From positions 187,722 to 251,721 of the forward strand of contig CAVWNW010000022.1 of assembly GCA_963756425.1 (NCBI GenBank): a stretch of 64,000 nucleotides of DNA. Direction: 5' to 3'. Source of the DNA: an uncultured bacterium. Its GTDB lineage: Bacteria; Actinomycetota; Acidimicrobiia; Acidimicrobiales; VFJN01. A program made the translations under genes and the position numbers. A model generated the notes under the pieces. That model did not search any database. It saw nothing but the letters and a program-made list of their open reading frames with translations, and was not told the origin of the DNA. Positions 51,756 to 62,903 of the stretch are shown here, piece after piece. Each line of letters starts with the position of its first letter. Position 1 is the stretch's first letter.

Positions 51756-53418
51756 ATGGAGCCCTATTTCGATCTCGGCACCTACACGCGCGGGACTACG
51801 ACCGCCTCGACGAGCGCCCAGACGTGGTTCGAGCGGGGACTGGTGTGGTGCTACGCGTTCCACCATGAAGAGGCGATCCGGTGCTTCGAGCGCGCTCTCG
51901 AGCACGACCCCGGCTTCGCCCTGGCCCACTGGGGTATCGCCTACGCGATCGGGCCGAACTACAACAAGCAATGGGAGGCGTTCGATCCGGTCGACCTTGC
52001 GGCATCGCTCGAGAAGGCGTGCAACGAGGTCGCAGCGGCGCGCGCGTGCGCGGATCGCGCGTCGCCGGTCGAGCGGGCGCTCGTCGAGGCGCTCGGGCAC
52101 CGCTATCAGGCGAACGACCCGTCGGCCGACCTCGTCGCATGGAACGTTGACTACGCCGAGGCGATGCGTGACGTGTATCGCGTGTACCCCAACGACCTCG
52201 ATGTCGCAGCTCTCTTCGCCGACGCGCTCGATGAACCTCACGCCGTGGACACTGTGGGATCGTTACACGGGCCTGCCGTCCCACGGTGCGAGGACGCTCG
52301 AGGCCAAGGAGGTGCTCGAGCGTGCCCTCGAGCGGCCGGGCGGCCGCACGCACCCCGCACTACTGCACCTGTACGTGCATCTGATGGAGATGTCGCCGTT
52401 CCCCCAGCAGGCGCTGCCGGTCGCCGACCAGCTGCGCTCGCTCGTCCCGGACGCCGGCCACCTCGTGCACATGCCGACGCACATCGACGTGCTGTGCGGC
52501 GACTACAAGAGCACGCTCGAGTGGAACCTGCGCGCCATCGAGGTCAACGAGAAGTACGTCGCTCGCGAGGGGCGGGTCGGTTTCTACGCGCTCTACCACG
52601 CGCACGATCGCCACTTCGCGATCTATGGGGCGATGTTCCTCGGACGGTCGCAGGTGGCGCTGCGCGTCGCCGCCGACCTCGAGGCCTCGCTCCCCGAGGA
52701 GCTGCTGAGGATCGAGCAGCCGCCGATGGCGGACTACCTCGAGGCGTTCATTCCCATGCGCCTGCACGTGCTCATCCGCTTCGGGTTGTGGGAGGAGATC
52801 CTCGCGCTGCCGCTCCCCACTGACCCCACGCTCTACTGCACCACGACGGCGATGACGCAGTACGCGCAGGGCGTCGCGTATGCGGCGACCGGGAGGATGG
52901 ATCAAGCCCAGGCGGCGCGCGACGCGTTCGTCGCCGCCGTCGGGCGGGTACCCGAGTCGCGCTACCTGTTCAACAACACGTCCCAAGACATCCTCGCCGT
53001 CGCCGGCGCCATGCTCGACGGCGAGCTGGAGTACCGGCGCGGCCAGTTCGACGCCGCGTTCGAGCACCTGCGCCGGGCCATTGCGCTCGACGACGCGCTG
53101 CCATACGACGAGCCGTGGGGCTGGATGCAGCCCACGCGCCACGCGTACGGGGCGCTGCTGCTCGAGCAGGGTCGGGTTGAGGAAGCCGAGGCCATCTACG
53201 CCGAGGACCTCGGCTACGACCCATCGATCCCGCGCTCCTCCTGGCACCCCGGGAACGTATGGAGCCTGCACGGCTACCACGAGTGCCTCGTTCGGCTGGG
53301 AAAGGATGAGCCAGCGCGGATCATCAAGCAGCAGCTCGACGTCGCCCTTGCCCGCACCGACGTCCAGATCGTGTCATCGTGTTTCTGTCGCAGGACGCAT
53401 CACGAGGCCGTCGCGTAA
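51756..53418 (+). CDS. TPR-repeat protein, frameshift near 52230
   Basis: YFDLGTY, AFHHEEA, HWGIAYAIGPNYN; then HLYVHLMEMS, GHLVHMPTHI, YDEPWGWMQP in a second frame. Confidence 0.85.
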
Positions 53419-53606
53419 TCAGGCGCTTCGAATCTGAGCCGGTCTAGCCGGGTAGGAGCATCCCAGGCGCGGCACAGGGGCCCTGCGAACTTGACTGCGG
53501 TCGAAGGTCATCGAGTTCGGGTGCGGGTGCTCATGAGTCGATCGCGAACACGAAGGCGGCGCCGTTGGCGCCGAGGCGGATCTTCCAGGTGTCGTGGCGG
53601 GTGTCG

Positions 53607-54534
53607 TCAGGCGACGATGGTGGTGATCGCGCCGGCGGCGAGCTCCAGGGCGGTGTCGACCAGCTCATCGGGGCGGGTCACCTGGGCTTGCAGGTCGATG
53701 ATCAGTTCGTGGGCACCGAGGTCTCGGGTGTGCGCGACGTCGTCGGCGATCTGTCGCCGCGACCCCGTGAACGGCGCTCGCGTCGGTCCGAGCGCGGCGT
53801 CGCTGAAGGTGGGTGCGGCGCGAACGATCAGCTCGAGCGTGTGGGGGTCGCGGCCGGCGACAGCGGCGCCGTCACGGATGGTGGTCCAGCCGGCGGCGAT
53901 GGCGTCGAACGGCAGATTGGTCGGCAGCCATCCGTCGGCGCTGCGAGCGATGCGGTCGAGCCCGGCCGCGGTGTAGGCGGCGAGCAGGATCGGCGGGCGG
54001 GGATGCTGGGCCGGGCGAACGGTCAGCGAGGCGGGCTCGATGCGTTCCTGGCCGGTGACGCGCTCGGGTTCGGCCGCTCCACAGCGAGTTGAGCAGCTGG
54101 AGGATCTCGTCGAGTCGTCGGCCTCGCTGCTGCATCGGTGCGCCGACGGCCTCGTACTCGTCGAGTGACCATCCGACGCCGAGCCCGACCGTCAGTCGTC
54201 CGGCGGCGGCGACATCGACGCTGGCCAGGGCGCGGGCCAGCACGACCGGCGGGTACCACGGGGCGACGAGGACGCTGGTGCCGAGCCGGATCCGATCGGT
54301 GACGGTGGCCGCCACGCTGAGCGCGACGATCGGGTCGATGGCGGTGCGTTGCTCGGGTGGCAGCGTCCCGTCGGCGCTGGCCGGGTAGGCGCTGCGCGGG
54401 TTGACCGGAACCAGGAGCCGGTCGATGGCCCACAGCGATGCCAGTCCACTGGCCTCGGCGGCGATCGCCACCCGGCGCAACGTGTCGATGTCGGCGAAGC
54501 GGCCGAGTTGTGGCAGTCCGATGCCGATGCGCAT
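53607..54534 (-). CDS. LLM-class (probable F420-dependent) oxidoreductase, frameshift near 54075
   Basis: MRIGIGLPQ, LWAIDRL, RIRLGTSVL, GLGVGW; then PAQHPRPPILLAAYT...ADGWLP...TGS in a second frame to TGA 53607. Confidence 0.85.
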
Positions 54535-54541
54535 GTCCGGC

Positions 54542-55180
54542 TCAGGCTGCGGGGAGCTGGGAGACGATGGCGTCGAGCACCGCCTGGTCGGGTGCCGGCG
54601 GCACCTCGACGTTCGGCAGGTCGACGAGCAGATCGAACGCCGTGTCGACCGAGGCGCCGGTGATCAGCGGACTGTGCGCCGAGGCGATGGTGGTGGCGCC
54701 CAACGCCCGCACCTGTTCGACGTGGTGGCGGTAGCGGCCGTTGTCGACCATGGCCAGCCATGGGGACAACGCATGGTGGGCGAACATCGCCATGCCGCCT
54801 CGCCAGGCCTCCGGGTCGAGTTCGTCGACCGACGCCTCGACGGCAGTTGAACATGGTGTGGCGAAGGCGTCGACCGCCCAGTAGACGTCGGTCGAGGTGT
54901 CGAACACGCCGCGTGTCGTCGGTGAGTCCCACAGCGGTGGCCGCACGAAGTGCAGGCGGCGATCGTCGAGGTCGAGGTGCGATCCGTCATCGACCCAGCG
55001 GCAGCGGTGCAGTGGGAACTCGAAGGCGTTGGAGAACCGCTCGACCAGCGCCCACGATGCGAGCAGCGTCGCGTTCGGGCAGTGCTCCATGACCTGGGCG
55101 AGGTTGCCGGTGTGGTCGACGTCGTCGTGGGAGATGAAGACGTAGCGCACATCGGCCGGATCGACCAGCCCGAACACGTC
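54542..55180 (-). pseudogene. 5'-truncated metallo-beta-lactamase-fold protein
   Basis: ISHDDVDHTGNL, PPLWDSPTT, WAVDAF, SAHSP; sequence begins abruptly at DVFGLVDP. Confidence 0.8.
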
Positions 55181-55181
55181 G

Positions 55182-55283
55182 ATCTTCTCCAAGTGCGGCG
55201 TGACCAGCCGCGGCGAACTCGTCGCCAGACTGTTCGCCGACCACATCCTCGAACATCACCACGCAGCAACCGCGCACCGCTGA
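55182..55283 (+). pseudogene. C-terminal tail of a LuxR-HTH regulator
   Basis: IFSKCGVTSRGELVARLFADHILEHHHAATAHR* abuts the truncated MBL gene head-to-head. Confidence 0.72.
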
Positions 55284-55299
55284 ACACCGCACGCAACGT

Positions 55300-55950
55300 C
55301 TCAGAAGGACGCCTTGGTCATCGCGGAGGCGTGTGCGTCCACCACCGCCGGCTGTGCTGGAAAGCGAATGTGTCGCGCCACCGGGCCGAGGGGCTGGTGC
55401 GCATCGCCCGCCGCGCCGGCGAGTTCCCGAATGCTTCGCCTTGTTCCAGGCGGGGATCCTGGGGGAGGACGCCATGGTGCGGATCGCCCGCCGGGTTCCC
55501 ACCGACCGGGACATGGACGTCGCGGCGTTGGCGCCGGAGATGCTCGTGTCCCAGCTCGACCGGCTCCTGGCCAGCCTCCCCGAGCTGCCCGACCCCGACG
55601 CCCCGCCGAAGTCTGAGCCGGAACGCAGCATGGAGGTGCGCACAGGCCGGGACGGCTGGACCCGGGGCCGGTACTGCCTGCCCGCCGACGAGGGCGCGCT
55701 GGTGCAGACCGGGCTGACCGCCGCCCGCGACGCCGAGCTCCGGGACCGCAACGACCTCGATCCCGACACCGACATCCACCCCGACCTGCCCGACCCCGAC
55801 CCCACCGTGCGGCGGGTGACATGGGCCGCCGGGCTGGTGAGCCTGGCGTCTGCGGCCACCGACGCCCTGGATGGCACCCTGCAACGCACCGGCAACCCCG
55901 GGGACCGCCACCAACTCGTCGTCCCACCACGACATCACCCCCGACGGCAA
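55300..55950 (+). pseudogene. DUF222/HNH (13E12-type) element remnant
   Basis: CWKANVSRHRAEGLVRIARR, ALFQAGILGEDAMVRIAR, LPADEGALV, GDRHQLVV; frameshifted, HNH domain missing. Confidence 0.68.
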
Positions 55951-55964
55951 GCTCGGTCCGGGCC

Positions 55965-56412
55965 AGCTCGAGTTGCGCTCTACCAAGAACTCGACAATCC
56001 GTGGCAGCTCGCCGGAGTGCTCGTCGAACTCGCCGAGCAGGAAGCCACAATGGGACGAGGCGCCGAGGCGCTCCAGGCACTAGCCGAATCGTCACGGCTG
56101 GGTGAGCAGATCGGCAGGCTGCCGGGGCGGTCGCGCCGGCTCGCGGTAGCGGCCGTGGTTCATCTCTCACGTGGGCAATCAGCCATGTCGATCGCCGCTC
56201 TGGGCGGATACGACGCTCACCCACCGGAGAACGCCGGGAGGCCATGGAGCGGGGTGGGTGGGTCCATAGGCTGGCGTGCAGACTTGGTTGAGTCAACGAG
56301 AGTCCAGCTCGATCCCGCCAAAGTGGCCGACGCCAGAATGGCAGCGCAAAGGAAGCGCCTCGACGAGCTCATACACGAACTGATTATTCAACCAGCGATG
56401 GAGGCCGTCTGA
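55965..56412 (+). pseudogene. C-terminal TPR-like fragment of a large ATPase-type regulator, fused to the DUF222 relic
   Basis: ALYQELDNPWQLAGVLVELAE...LAVAAVVHLSRG; no start of its own; composition shifts at the junction. Confidence 0.5.
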
Positions 56413-56513
56413 TCTGTCCACGATCATATGGCGGACCAAACGCGGCCCTACGGCTCACACGCCCGTCGAGCTTGCGCCCGTAGGAGGCGCTTCCGAATTT
56501 GTCGTTGCGGTAC

Positions 56514-56544
56514 TTGACTTCGAGCGCGCTCGAACGCCGATCCT
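56514..56544 (+). promoter_or_regulatory. MerR-type promoter/operator upstream of the AKR gene
   Basis: TTGACT(56514-19)-19 nt-GATCCT-6nt-ATG with perfect palindrome TTCGAGCGCGCTCGAA (56519-34). Confidence 0.75.
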
Positions 56545-56550
56545 AAGGGT

Positions 56551-57543
56551 ATGCGGTACACCACCATCGGGTCCGACCCCACGACCGCCAGGAGTGTCAG
56601 TGTGCTCGCCATTGGAGCGATGCGCTTCGGTACGACGACCGATGAACACAGGTCGTACGAGATCTTGGATCGGTACGTGGAAGCGGGCGGCACGTTCATC
56701 GACACCTCCAACAACTACGCCTTCTGGGTGAACGGAACCCAAGGTGGCGAGAGCGAGGCCCTGCTTGGCCGCTGGCGGCGCAGCCGCAGGATCTCCGACG
56801 AAATCGTGATCGCCACCAAGGTCGGCGCTCGACCGCTCACGGCGGCCACCGACTTCAGCCAGAACCTCGAAGGCCTCGCGCCAGCGGTGCTGCGCGAGCA
56901 GGCCGATCGCAGCCGGGAGCGGCTGGGCGTCGAGCGGCTCGACCTGTACTACGCCCACCTTCCCGACATCCACGGCGTCCCGCTCGAGGACACCGTCGCC
57001 GGGTTCGGTGAGCTGGTCGCCGACGGCACGGTCGGGCTGCTCGGGCTGAGCAACCACTGGGCCTGGCAGCTCGAGCGGGCGCGCACGCTGGCGACGACGA
57101 GCGGGCACACGCGGGCTGACGTACTCCAGTATCACCACACGTACCTGCGAATGCGCACGGACATCCCGGACTTGCGGTTTTCACCTGACGGCGAGATCGG
57201 GGCGGCCGACGGCTCGATCCTCAGTTTCGTGCGCGCCCTGCCCGGGATGACCCTGGTGGCGTACTCACCGCTGCTCAACGGCGCCTACACCCGGGACGAC
57301 AAGCCACTCGACGCCACCTATGAGCACCCCGGTACACCGGCGCGGCTGACCGCTCTCGACGACGTGGCACAGCAGACCGGCGCGACCCGCAACCAGGTCG
57401 TGCTCGCGTGGATGATCGGCGGTGACCTGCCGGTCATACCACTGGTAGGCGTCTCGTCGCTGCCACAACTGGACGAGGCACTGGCCGCCGTCGACCTCGA
57501 CCTCACCGAGGACCAGCGCCAGCGCCTGGATTCTGCCCACTGA
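56551..57543 (+). CDS. Aldo/keto reductase
   Basis: GAMRFG, IDTSNNY, IATKVG, DLYYAH, GLSNH, AYSPLL. Confidence 0.93.
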   Translation: MRYTTIGSDPTTARSVSVLAIGAMRFGTTTDEHRSYEILDRYVEAGGTFIDTSNNYAFWVNGTQGGESEALLGRWRRSRRISDEIVIATKVGARPLTAATDFSQNLEGLAPAVLREQADRSRERLGVERLDLYYAHLPDIHGVPLEDTVAGFGELVADGTVGLLGLSNHWAWQLERARTLATTSGHTRADVLQYHHTYLRMRTDIPDLRFSPDGEIGAADGSILSFVRALPGMTLVAYSPLLNGAYTRDDKPLDATYEHPGTPARLTALDDVAQQTGATRNQVVLAWMIGGDLPVIPLVGVSSLPQLDEALAAVDLDLTEDQRQRLDSAH

Positions 57544-57792
57544 GAGCCGCGTTGGGGTCCTGTGGACGAGATCTTCCACAACCACCAGCACACGACGATC
57601 GTGCCGCCCACTGACCCGCACCGATTCGTTCGTCGAGTTCGCGGAGTGCACTCCCGTCGATGGCCGTCGCCCACGTTTGGGTCATGCGTAAGGTCCAACG
57701 GGCCTGGGCTACCGAGACACGTGGAGTTCAGAGTGCTCGCGGCGGTGCAGCGTCGCTGACAGTGAGTGCTTCCGCGCTGCGAGGGAGAAGAC

Positions 57793-58254
57793 ATGGCTGA
57801 CTTCAGCGACATGGCGAGGGACATCATCGAGTTGAACCGATACATGGTGCTCGGCACAGCCGACGAGGCCGGGGTGCCGTGGGTGACGCCGGTGTGGTTC
57901 GCGCAGTCCGACTACCGGCGGTTCATCTGGGTCTCGTCGCCCGACCGCAGGCATTCTCGGAACGTCAGGGCCCGCCCGGAGGTGAGCATCGTGCTCTTCG
58001 ACTCCCACGTCGCAGTGGGCAGCGCCCGGGCGGTGTACATGTCGGCTCGCGCCGAGGAACTGACCGGCGTCGACCTCGAACGCGACATCGCGCTCTTTGA
58101 CACGGCCAGCCAGGCGCAGGGCCTGACCCGCCGGTGGGGGTTGGAGGACATGCTCGCTCCGGCGCCCTATCGGCTGTATCGGGCGACAGTGTCGCAGCAT
58201 TGGGTCCTCGATCCAGACAGCAGTCCCGACGACCGCGCCGAGGTCACGCTGTAG
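57793..58254 (+). CDS. Pyridoxamine 5'-phosphate oxidase-like split-barrel protein
   Basis: YMVLGTADEAGVPWVTPVWF, RHSRNVRARPEVSIVLFDS. Confidence 0.88.
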   Translation: MADFSDMARDIIELNRYMVLGTADEAGVPWVTPVWFAQSDYRRFIWVSSPDRRHSRNVRARPEVSIVLFDSHVAVGSARAVYMSARAEELTGVDLERDIALFDTASQAQGLTRRWGLEDMLAPAPYRLYRATVSQHWVLDPDSSPDDRAEVTL

Positions 58255-58398
58255 GGCGGTGTGAGCCCCAAAATGGCCGCGCCGCAGGTACTCGCGGTCG
58301 CGCTCGAAGGCCAGCGTCCAGTGTGCGGCTTCCCCTACAGCGAGAAGCCGGCGACGACCCAACGCCATCAGCACGGCGCTCAGTCAACGGGCCGTCGG

Positions 58399-58986
58399 TC
58401 ATCCGGGACGGCGTCGTCGTCGGTAGCTTCGGTTCTTGGTGCGGTTGCCGCAGATGGTCATGGAGCACCAGGCCGCGGATCGGTTCTTCGAACGATCAAA
58501 GAACGCGTACGTGCAGTGCCGGCACGCCTTCAGCCTCGGCCACGCACCAGTGAGCTGCGCTTCGTGAACGATCACGAGCAGCGTGGCAACCGCGACATCA
58601 ACGCCACGGTTCGCTGGCTCCAGAAAGGTGGCGGCATCGTCGCCGAAGTGGACTCGTATGGTGGCCGTCCGCCCCTCGCGAGTGAGTTCGTCCACCGCGG
58701 ACGGGTCGAGCTGCCCGTCTCGGTTCGCCACAGCTAGAGCCCGCAGGGCTTCGCGGACCCGGCGGAGACGGGCCACGTCGGCCTCATCCAGTGAAGCCCC
58801 CGGCGTGAGCAGACCATGCGCGCGCAACCAGGAGTCCGCCTTGGCGGCTGTGCCCAGCCGATCGATGCCGAAGTCATGCAGCCGCGTATTGACGAAGCGT
58901 TGGACCAGCCCGAGGCGACCTGGCGCTTTCTGTCGCCCCGCCGGCTCGATCTGCTCGCCGACCCTGGCCCTGTCCCGTTCGTCCAT
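58399..58986 (-). CDS. ABATE/CGNR zinc-finger protein
   Basis: FVNT; RLKACRHCTYAFFDRSKNRSAAWCSMTICGNRTK. Confidence 0.92.
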   Translation of the reverse strand: MDERDRARVGEQIEPAGRQKAPGRLGLVQRFVNTRLHDFGIDRLGTAAKADSWLRAHGLLTPGASLDEADVARLRRVREALRALAVANRDGQLDPSAVDELTREGRTATIRVHFGDDAATFLEPANRGVDVAVATLLVIVHEAQLTGAWPRLKACRHCTYAFFDRSKNRSAAWCSMTICGNRTKNRSYRRRRRPG

Positions 58987-59007
58987 TCGCCCTCTTGACC
59001 CTTGTTC

Positions 59008-59036
59008 GTGACCATCATAATAAATATGGTGGTCAC
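59008..59036. promoter_or_regulatory. Inverted repeat between the CGNR gene and the divergent lipoprotein gene
   Basis: GTGACCATCAT-aataaat-ATGGTGGTCAC (10/11 arm match). Confidence 0.7.
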
Positions 59037-59040
59037 GGTG

Positions 59041-59921
59041 ATGAGGGGGATCCGATGTGCCGCGCTGGTGCTGGCATGGGTCGTTGCCGCCGGCATCGGC
59101 GGTTGCACGGCCAACAGCCAGAGCGGCCGCGGCCAGGACGTCGAACCGGAACCCGCCACGGACCGGGCAGGGCTAACGGCGACCCTGCAGCGGTCCACCC
59201 TCTTCGAGACCCGGCGATCACTGCGACTGACGATGCGGAGCAACGCCGGCGAGGAGCGCGAGATCGGGGCGATCCAGCTCGAGTCGCCCCTGTTCGAGCC
59301 GGTCGAGCCGGAAACCCGGAATACGCGTGTGCCACCCGCCGGACGTCCCGTCGTCATGGGGCTGCCATTCGGCACAGTGCGGTGCGACGGGCGCAACGGC
59401 GGCGGGGACGCGGAGGAGGACGGGGCCGCCGTGCTGCTCGCTGATGTGGACGGTCACGACGTCCGTGTGCCCATCGAGCAACGGCCAAACGATCTGCTCG
59501 TCGAACTGCACGGGGCCGAGTGCGCGGCAGCGGCGGTCCTCGCCGACGTCGACCTGCGCCTCGGTGACACGTGGCGGTCCACCGACCCTCGCACACTTGA
59601 AGGCGAGCTCGACATCTCGCAACGCCGCGACGGCGCCGAGGCCACGGTGCAGGCTGTGGAAGGCAACGTCATCTTCACCGTCAGCGACGCCACGGCATCC
59701 CCGCGTGCGCTGGAGGTGTCGGATGAGCGCCCATCGGCCAGCGCACCTATCGCCATCACCGGTCGCGCTGCGATCCACATGCCCTCATCGAGTACAAGCG
59801 CACCTTCATCTTCACCGCCTCGATCCAGGTGAACGGCGACGAGCCGGCCCGCGTCGACATCAGGGCCGAGGGCGCCGCTCGCCGCGCGCTCGAGGACCTT
59901 CTTACGTCGTGCCTCGGCTGA
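59041..59921 (+). CDS. Hypothetical lipoprotein, frameshift near 59765
   Basis: Lipobox-like IGGC; C-terminus RCDPHALIEYKRTFIF...LLTSCLG* in a shifted frame. Confidence 0.65.
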
Positions 59922-60231
59922 GCCATGGCGCGACTCGTGGCCCAGGGGCCGACGGTCATGACGCCCGCTGCGAGCGGCACCGCTGCCCAGCAATCCACGG
60001 GCACAGCACATCGAGGCGGGAGGCCGGGCTGTCGCTGGCATGCAGCACCGCCGTCGCCGCCCCACTGCGGCTGTGCGCCGGGTCCTACCTCCCGGCCGAC
60101 CTGCTACAAAACTGGACCCGGCTTGATCTCGCAGGAAGGCGCCAGCCGAAGTCCGTCTTATGAGCCACATCGCCCCAACAGGCTTTGGGCTCGTCTCACC
60201 GCGGTCGCCGTCTGGGATCCGACCCTGCGAC

Positions 60232-60408
60232 CTATCCGGTGACACGGCGTGGCCGTGGGACGAGCTCACCGCCACAGTTAGGGCACACAGCGCCGAGCTC
60301 GTCAGCGCAAGAACTGCAGAATGTGCACTCGTAGCTGCAGATCCGAGCCTCGCCGTCAGGCTGCAACACCGTCCGACATCGCTCACACTCCAGGCGCATC
60401 TCGAGCAC
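60232..60408 (-). CDS. DUF1272 family Cys-rich protein
   Basis: MRLECERC...ICSYECTFCSSC...CPNCGGELVPRP. Confidence 0.9.
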   Translation of the reverse strand: MLEMRLECERCRTVLQPDGEARICSYECTFCSSCADELGAVCPNCGGELVPRPRRVTG

Positions 60409-60549
60409 GAGTCGATGCTGCCGCACTCTGCGTGTCAGAGCCAGGGTGGACTCAAGTGGTCGTCGCAAACCCTCTGGCGTGCCAGAACTGACCATGTCAG
60501 CGCGCCCGGCTGAGGCGACCCTGCCCGACCGTTCACGCTCAGCCTCGTC

Positions 60550-60645
60550 GATCGTTGTGCAGCAGGGTCTCGGTGATCCGGTAGATGTCGTCCAAGTCGC
60601 CTTGGCGGGCGAAGTAGAGGGTGCTCATCATGGCCGTGGGCGCTC
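60550..60645 (-). pseudogene. Fragment resembling a DNA alkylation repair (AlkD-like) protein
   Basis: TAMMSTLYFARQGDLDDIYRITETLLHND resembles the RRTAIVST..F.RQ.D..DT..IAE.LL.D segment. Confidence 0.5.
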
Positions 60646-61100
60646 CCACACGTTGCCGGATCGGGCCGGGTCGAACAGGACGTCGGGCCGCCGAGATCGC
60701 CGAGCGCACGCCCTTCACGCTCACGGTCCGCAGCAGCGTTCGCATCACGGCCAGCATCAGTGGAGGCGGTGAGCGTATAGGTGCGTCGTTGTAGTAGCTA
60801 CGGCTCGGGTACGCGTCGTGTCCGTCGGGTTCGCCGATGATATCGATGGCTCGGGCGGTCGCCGGCGGTGACGTCGACGGGATCGATGAGAGTCGTCGCC
60901 CGAGAAGGGCGCACGTAGGTGTCCGCTGCCAAGACCCGGATGTGCGGGTCCGAAAGCAGCTCGGCCTCTGCAGGAAGCTGGGGTAGGACGGCGCCGTCTT
61001 GTTGGCCCGGCGTTTCGGCCGGGGCCAACGGTTCTCTCAACCGCACGCCGAGCAGGATCGGCTTGACGACTGATGGTCGGCGTCTGTCGTGGCGGCTCGG

Positions 61101-62083
61101 CTAGCTGCCAGCTGAACGGAGGCGGGAGACGTCCACGCTGCCGAGGCCCTTTAGCCGCTTGGGTCCCTGCGGCTCGACCTCGAACGTCATGGTGCCGACG
61201 ATCGCCTCCGCAAAGGCGTCATCAGCGAGCAGGTGTCGGGAGGGGCGACGTCGACCGGCGGCTCGCCAGGTTGACCGCGCGGCCGAAGTAGTCGCCTCCG
61301 CGGGCGAGGACCTGACCCAGCGACAAGCCAGCGCGGGCCGAGGGCAGGTCGCCTGCGGCGCAGGCGTCGAAAGCTCGATCGCGCCCCGGGCCGCCTGGTC
61401 GGCGGTGGGAAAGACCAGCATCGCCTCGTCACCGATGAGCTTCACCACCCTGCCGCCCGCCTCCGTGATGACGTCGGCGACGAGCGCCTCGAAGCGGCCC
61501 AGCAGTCGTCCCAGTTCATCTGTCCGCAGGGAACCACTCGTGCGGGTGAAGCCGACGAGATCCACGAATCCCACCGCCAAAGTCGGCTGGTCGCCTGCCT
61601 CCAGGGTGGTGCGGTGTCGGAGTGCCTCCTCGAGCCGGCGACGAAACGCGTAGAGGAGAACCCAACCAAGATCCGAGTGCTGCACACCCAGCTCTGAGGC
61701 CTCGGCGAGGACCCGCTCGCGCAACCCGAGCGCCGCCAGCTCCGCCATCGACTCGACCTCGATCTCCGCGATTCGGCTCATGTGAGAGCTGACCATGCGC
61801 GCCTCGCGGACGATCGCGTCGAGGCGGTGCGACGGTCATCGCCTCGGACCGACTCGATGCCGTCGGCCGCGATTCGCAACGCCCGCACGTCGTCCATGGT
61901 GTAGGCGGACTCCTCCGCCGGTACGTCCGGGAACCCCAGGGCCCGCCACAGCGGATCCGCCACCTCGTGGCTCACCCCCGCCCGGGCACAGACCTGAGGC
62001 CAGGTCAGCTCCTTCGGCCCAAGACGGACCAGCCGCTCAACGTCGTCGCCACCACCAACGCGCGGTCCGTCGCGATCAGGCAT
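61101..62083 (-). pseudogene. Class III adenylate/guanylate cyclase with regulatory N-domain, multiple frameshifts
   Basis: LWRALGFP; VGFVDLVGFT, VKLIGDEAM; GDYFGRAVNLASR in another frame; LKGLG. Confidence 0.8.
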
Positions 62084-62417
62084 CTTCGATCGGCACCGAC
62101 TCTACGGCCGCCCGCCGATCGATAGTCGAAGTGGCGTGCGCTCCCGCCGAGCGCATCGTGCCTGCCCGACACGGCGACCATCCCAGGGCGTGGACCTCCC
62201 GGTGGGCGACCGGCCACTACGAGGCCCGACGCGGGGTGCGCTCGGACTCGAGATGACGTGTTCCTGCGACCCACGGGATCGTCGAACCCCACCCGGCGGC
62301 GGAGCTCAGCCAGCGACCGAGGACCGATGCGTCCTCGGGGTCGGTCGCGCAGGATCGCTCCATTCGTATCGGTCGGTCCGGCCGGCTGAGGTAGCGGAGA
62401 AAGGACCAGCGAGAGAC

Positions 62418-62873
62418 ATGCAGACCTCAAGTTCGAATGAGCGCACCGCAATGGCCGACGGCTCGTGGATGCTGTGGAGCGTCGGCGGGCTCGCAGGGAT
62501 CTGGACGGCTGTGGTGCTGATCAGTGTCTTCGCCCCCGACCTGGTCTCGGGCAGCGAGCAGGAGCATCTGCCCGTCGCGGCCTTCGGCACGTGGCTATGG
62601 GGGTTGGTCTCCACGGGCGGGTTCCTGTGGGCCATGGGGAGGCTGCGCGGGGATGCGGCGCGGCGACCGATCTGGATCGGTCTGTCGGTTGCCACGCTCA
62701 CGGTGTGGCTGGTGGCGACGATCCTGAGCATCACGTTGCCGGTCGTCGAGACCGGTTCTGATCCGACGCGCCTTCCCATTGCCGCCCTGGTCACGCCCAT
62801 CGCCGCGGCCGTGCTCACCGTGCTGGCCGGCATCATCGCAGGGGTCTTCTCCAGACCGCCGCAAGCTGGCTGA
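62418..62873 (+). CDS. Small membrane protein
   Basis: Four hydrophobic segments, FAPDLVSGSEQEHLP, TGSDPTRLP. Confidence 0.75.
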   Translation: MQTSSSNERTAMADGSWMLWSVGGLAGIWTAVVLISVFAPDLVSGSEQEHLPVAAFGTWLWGLVSTGGFLWAMGRLRGDAARRPIWIGLSVATLTVWLVATILSITLPVVETGSDPTRLPIAALVTPIAAAVLTVLAGIIAGVFSRPPQAG

Positions 62874-62903
62874 ACTGCGCGACCACGCCCGGAGCCCAGG
62901 TTG

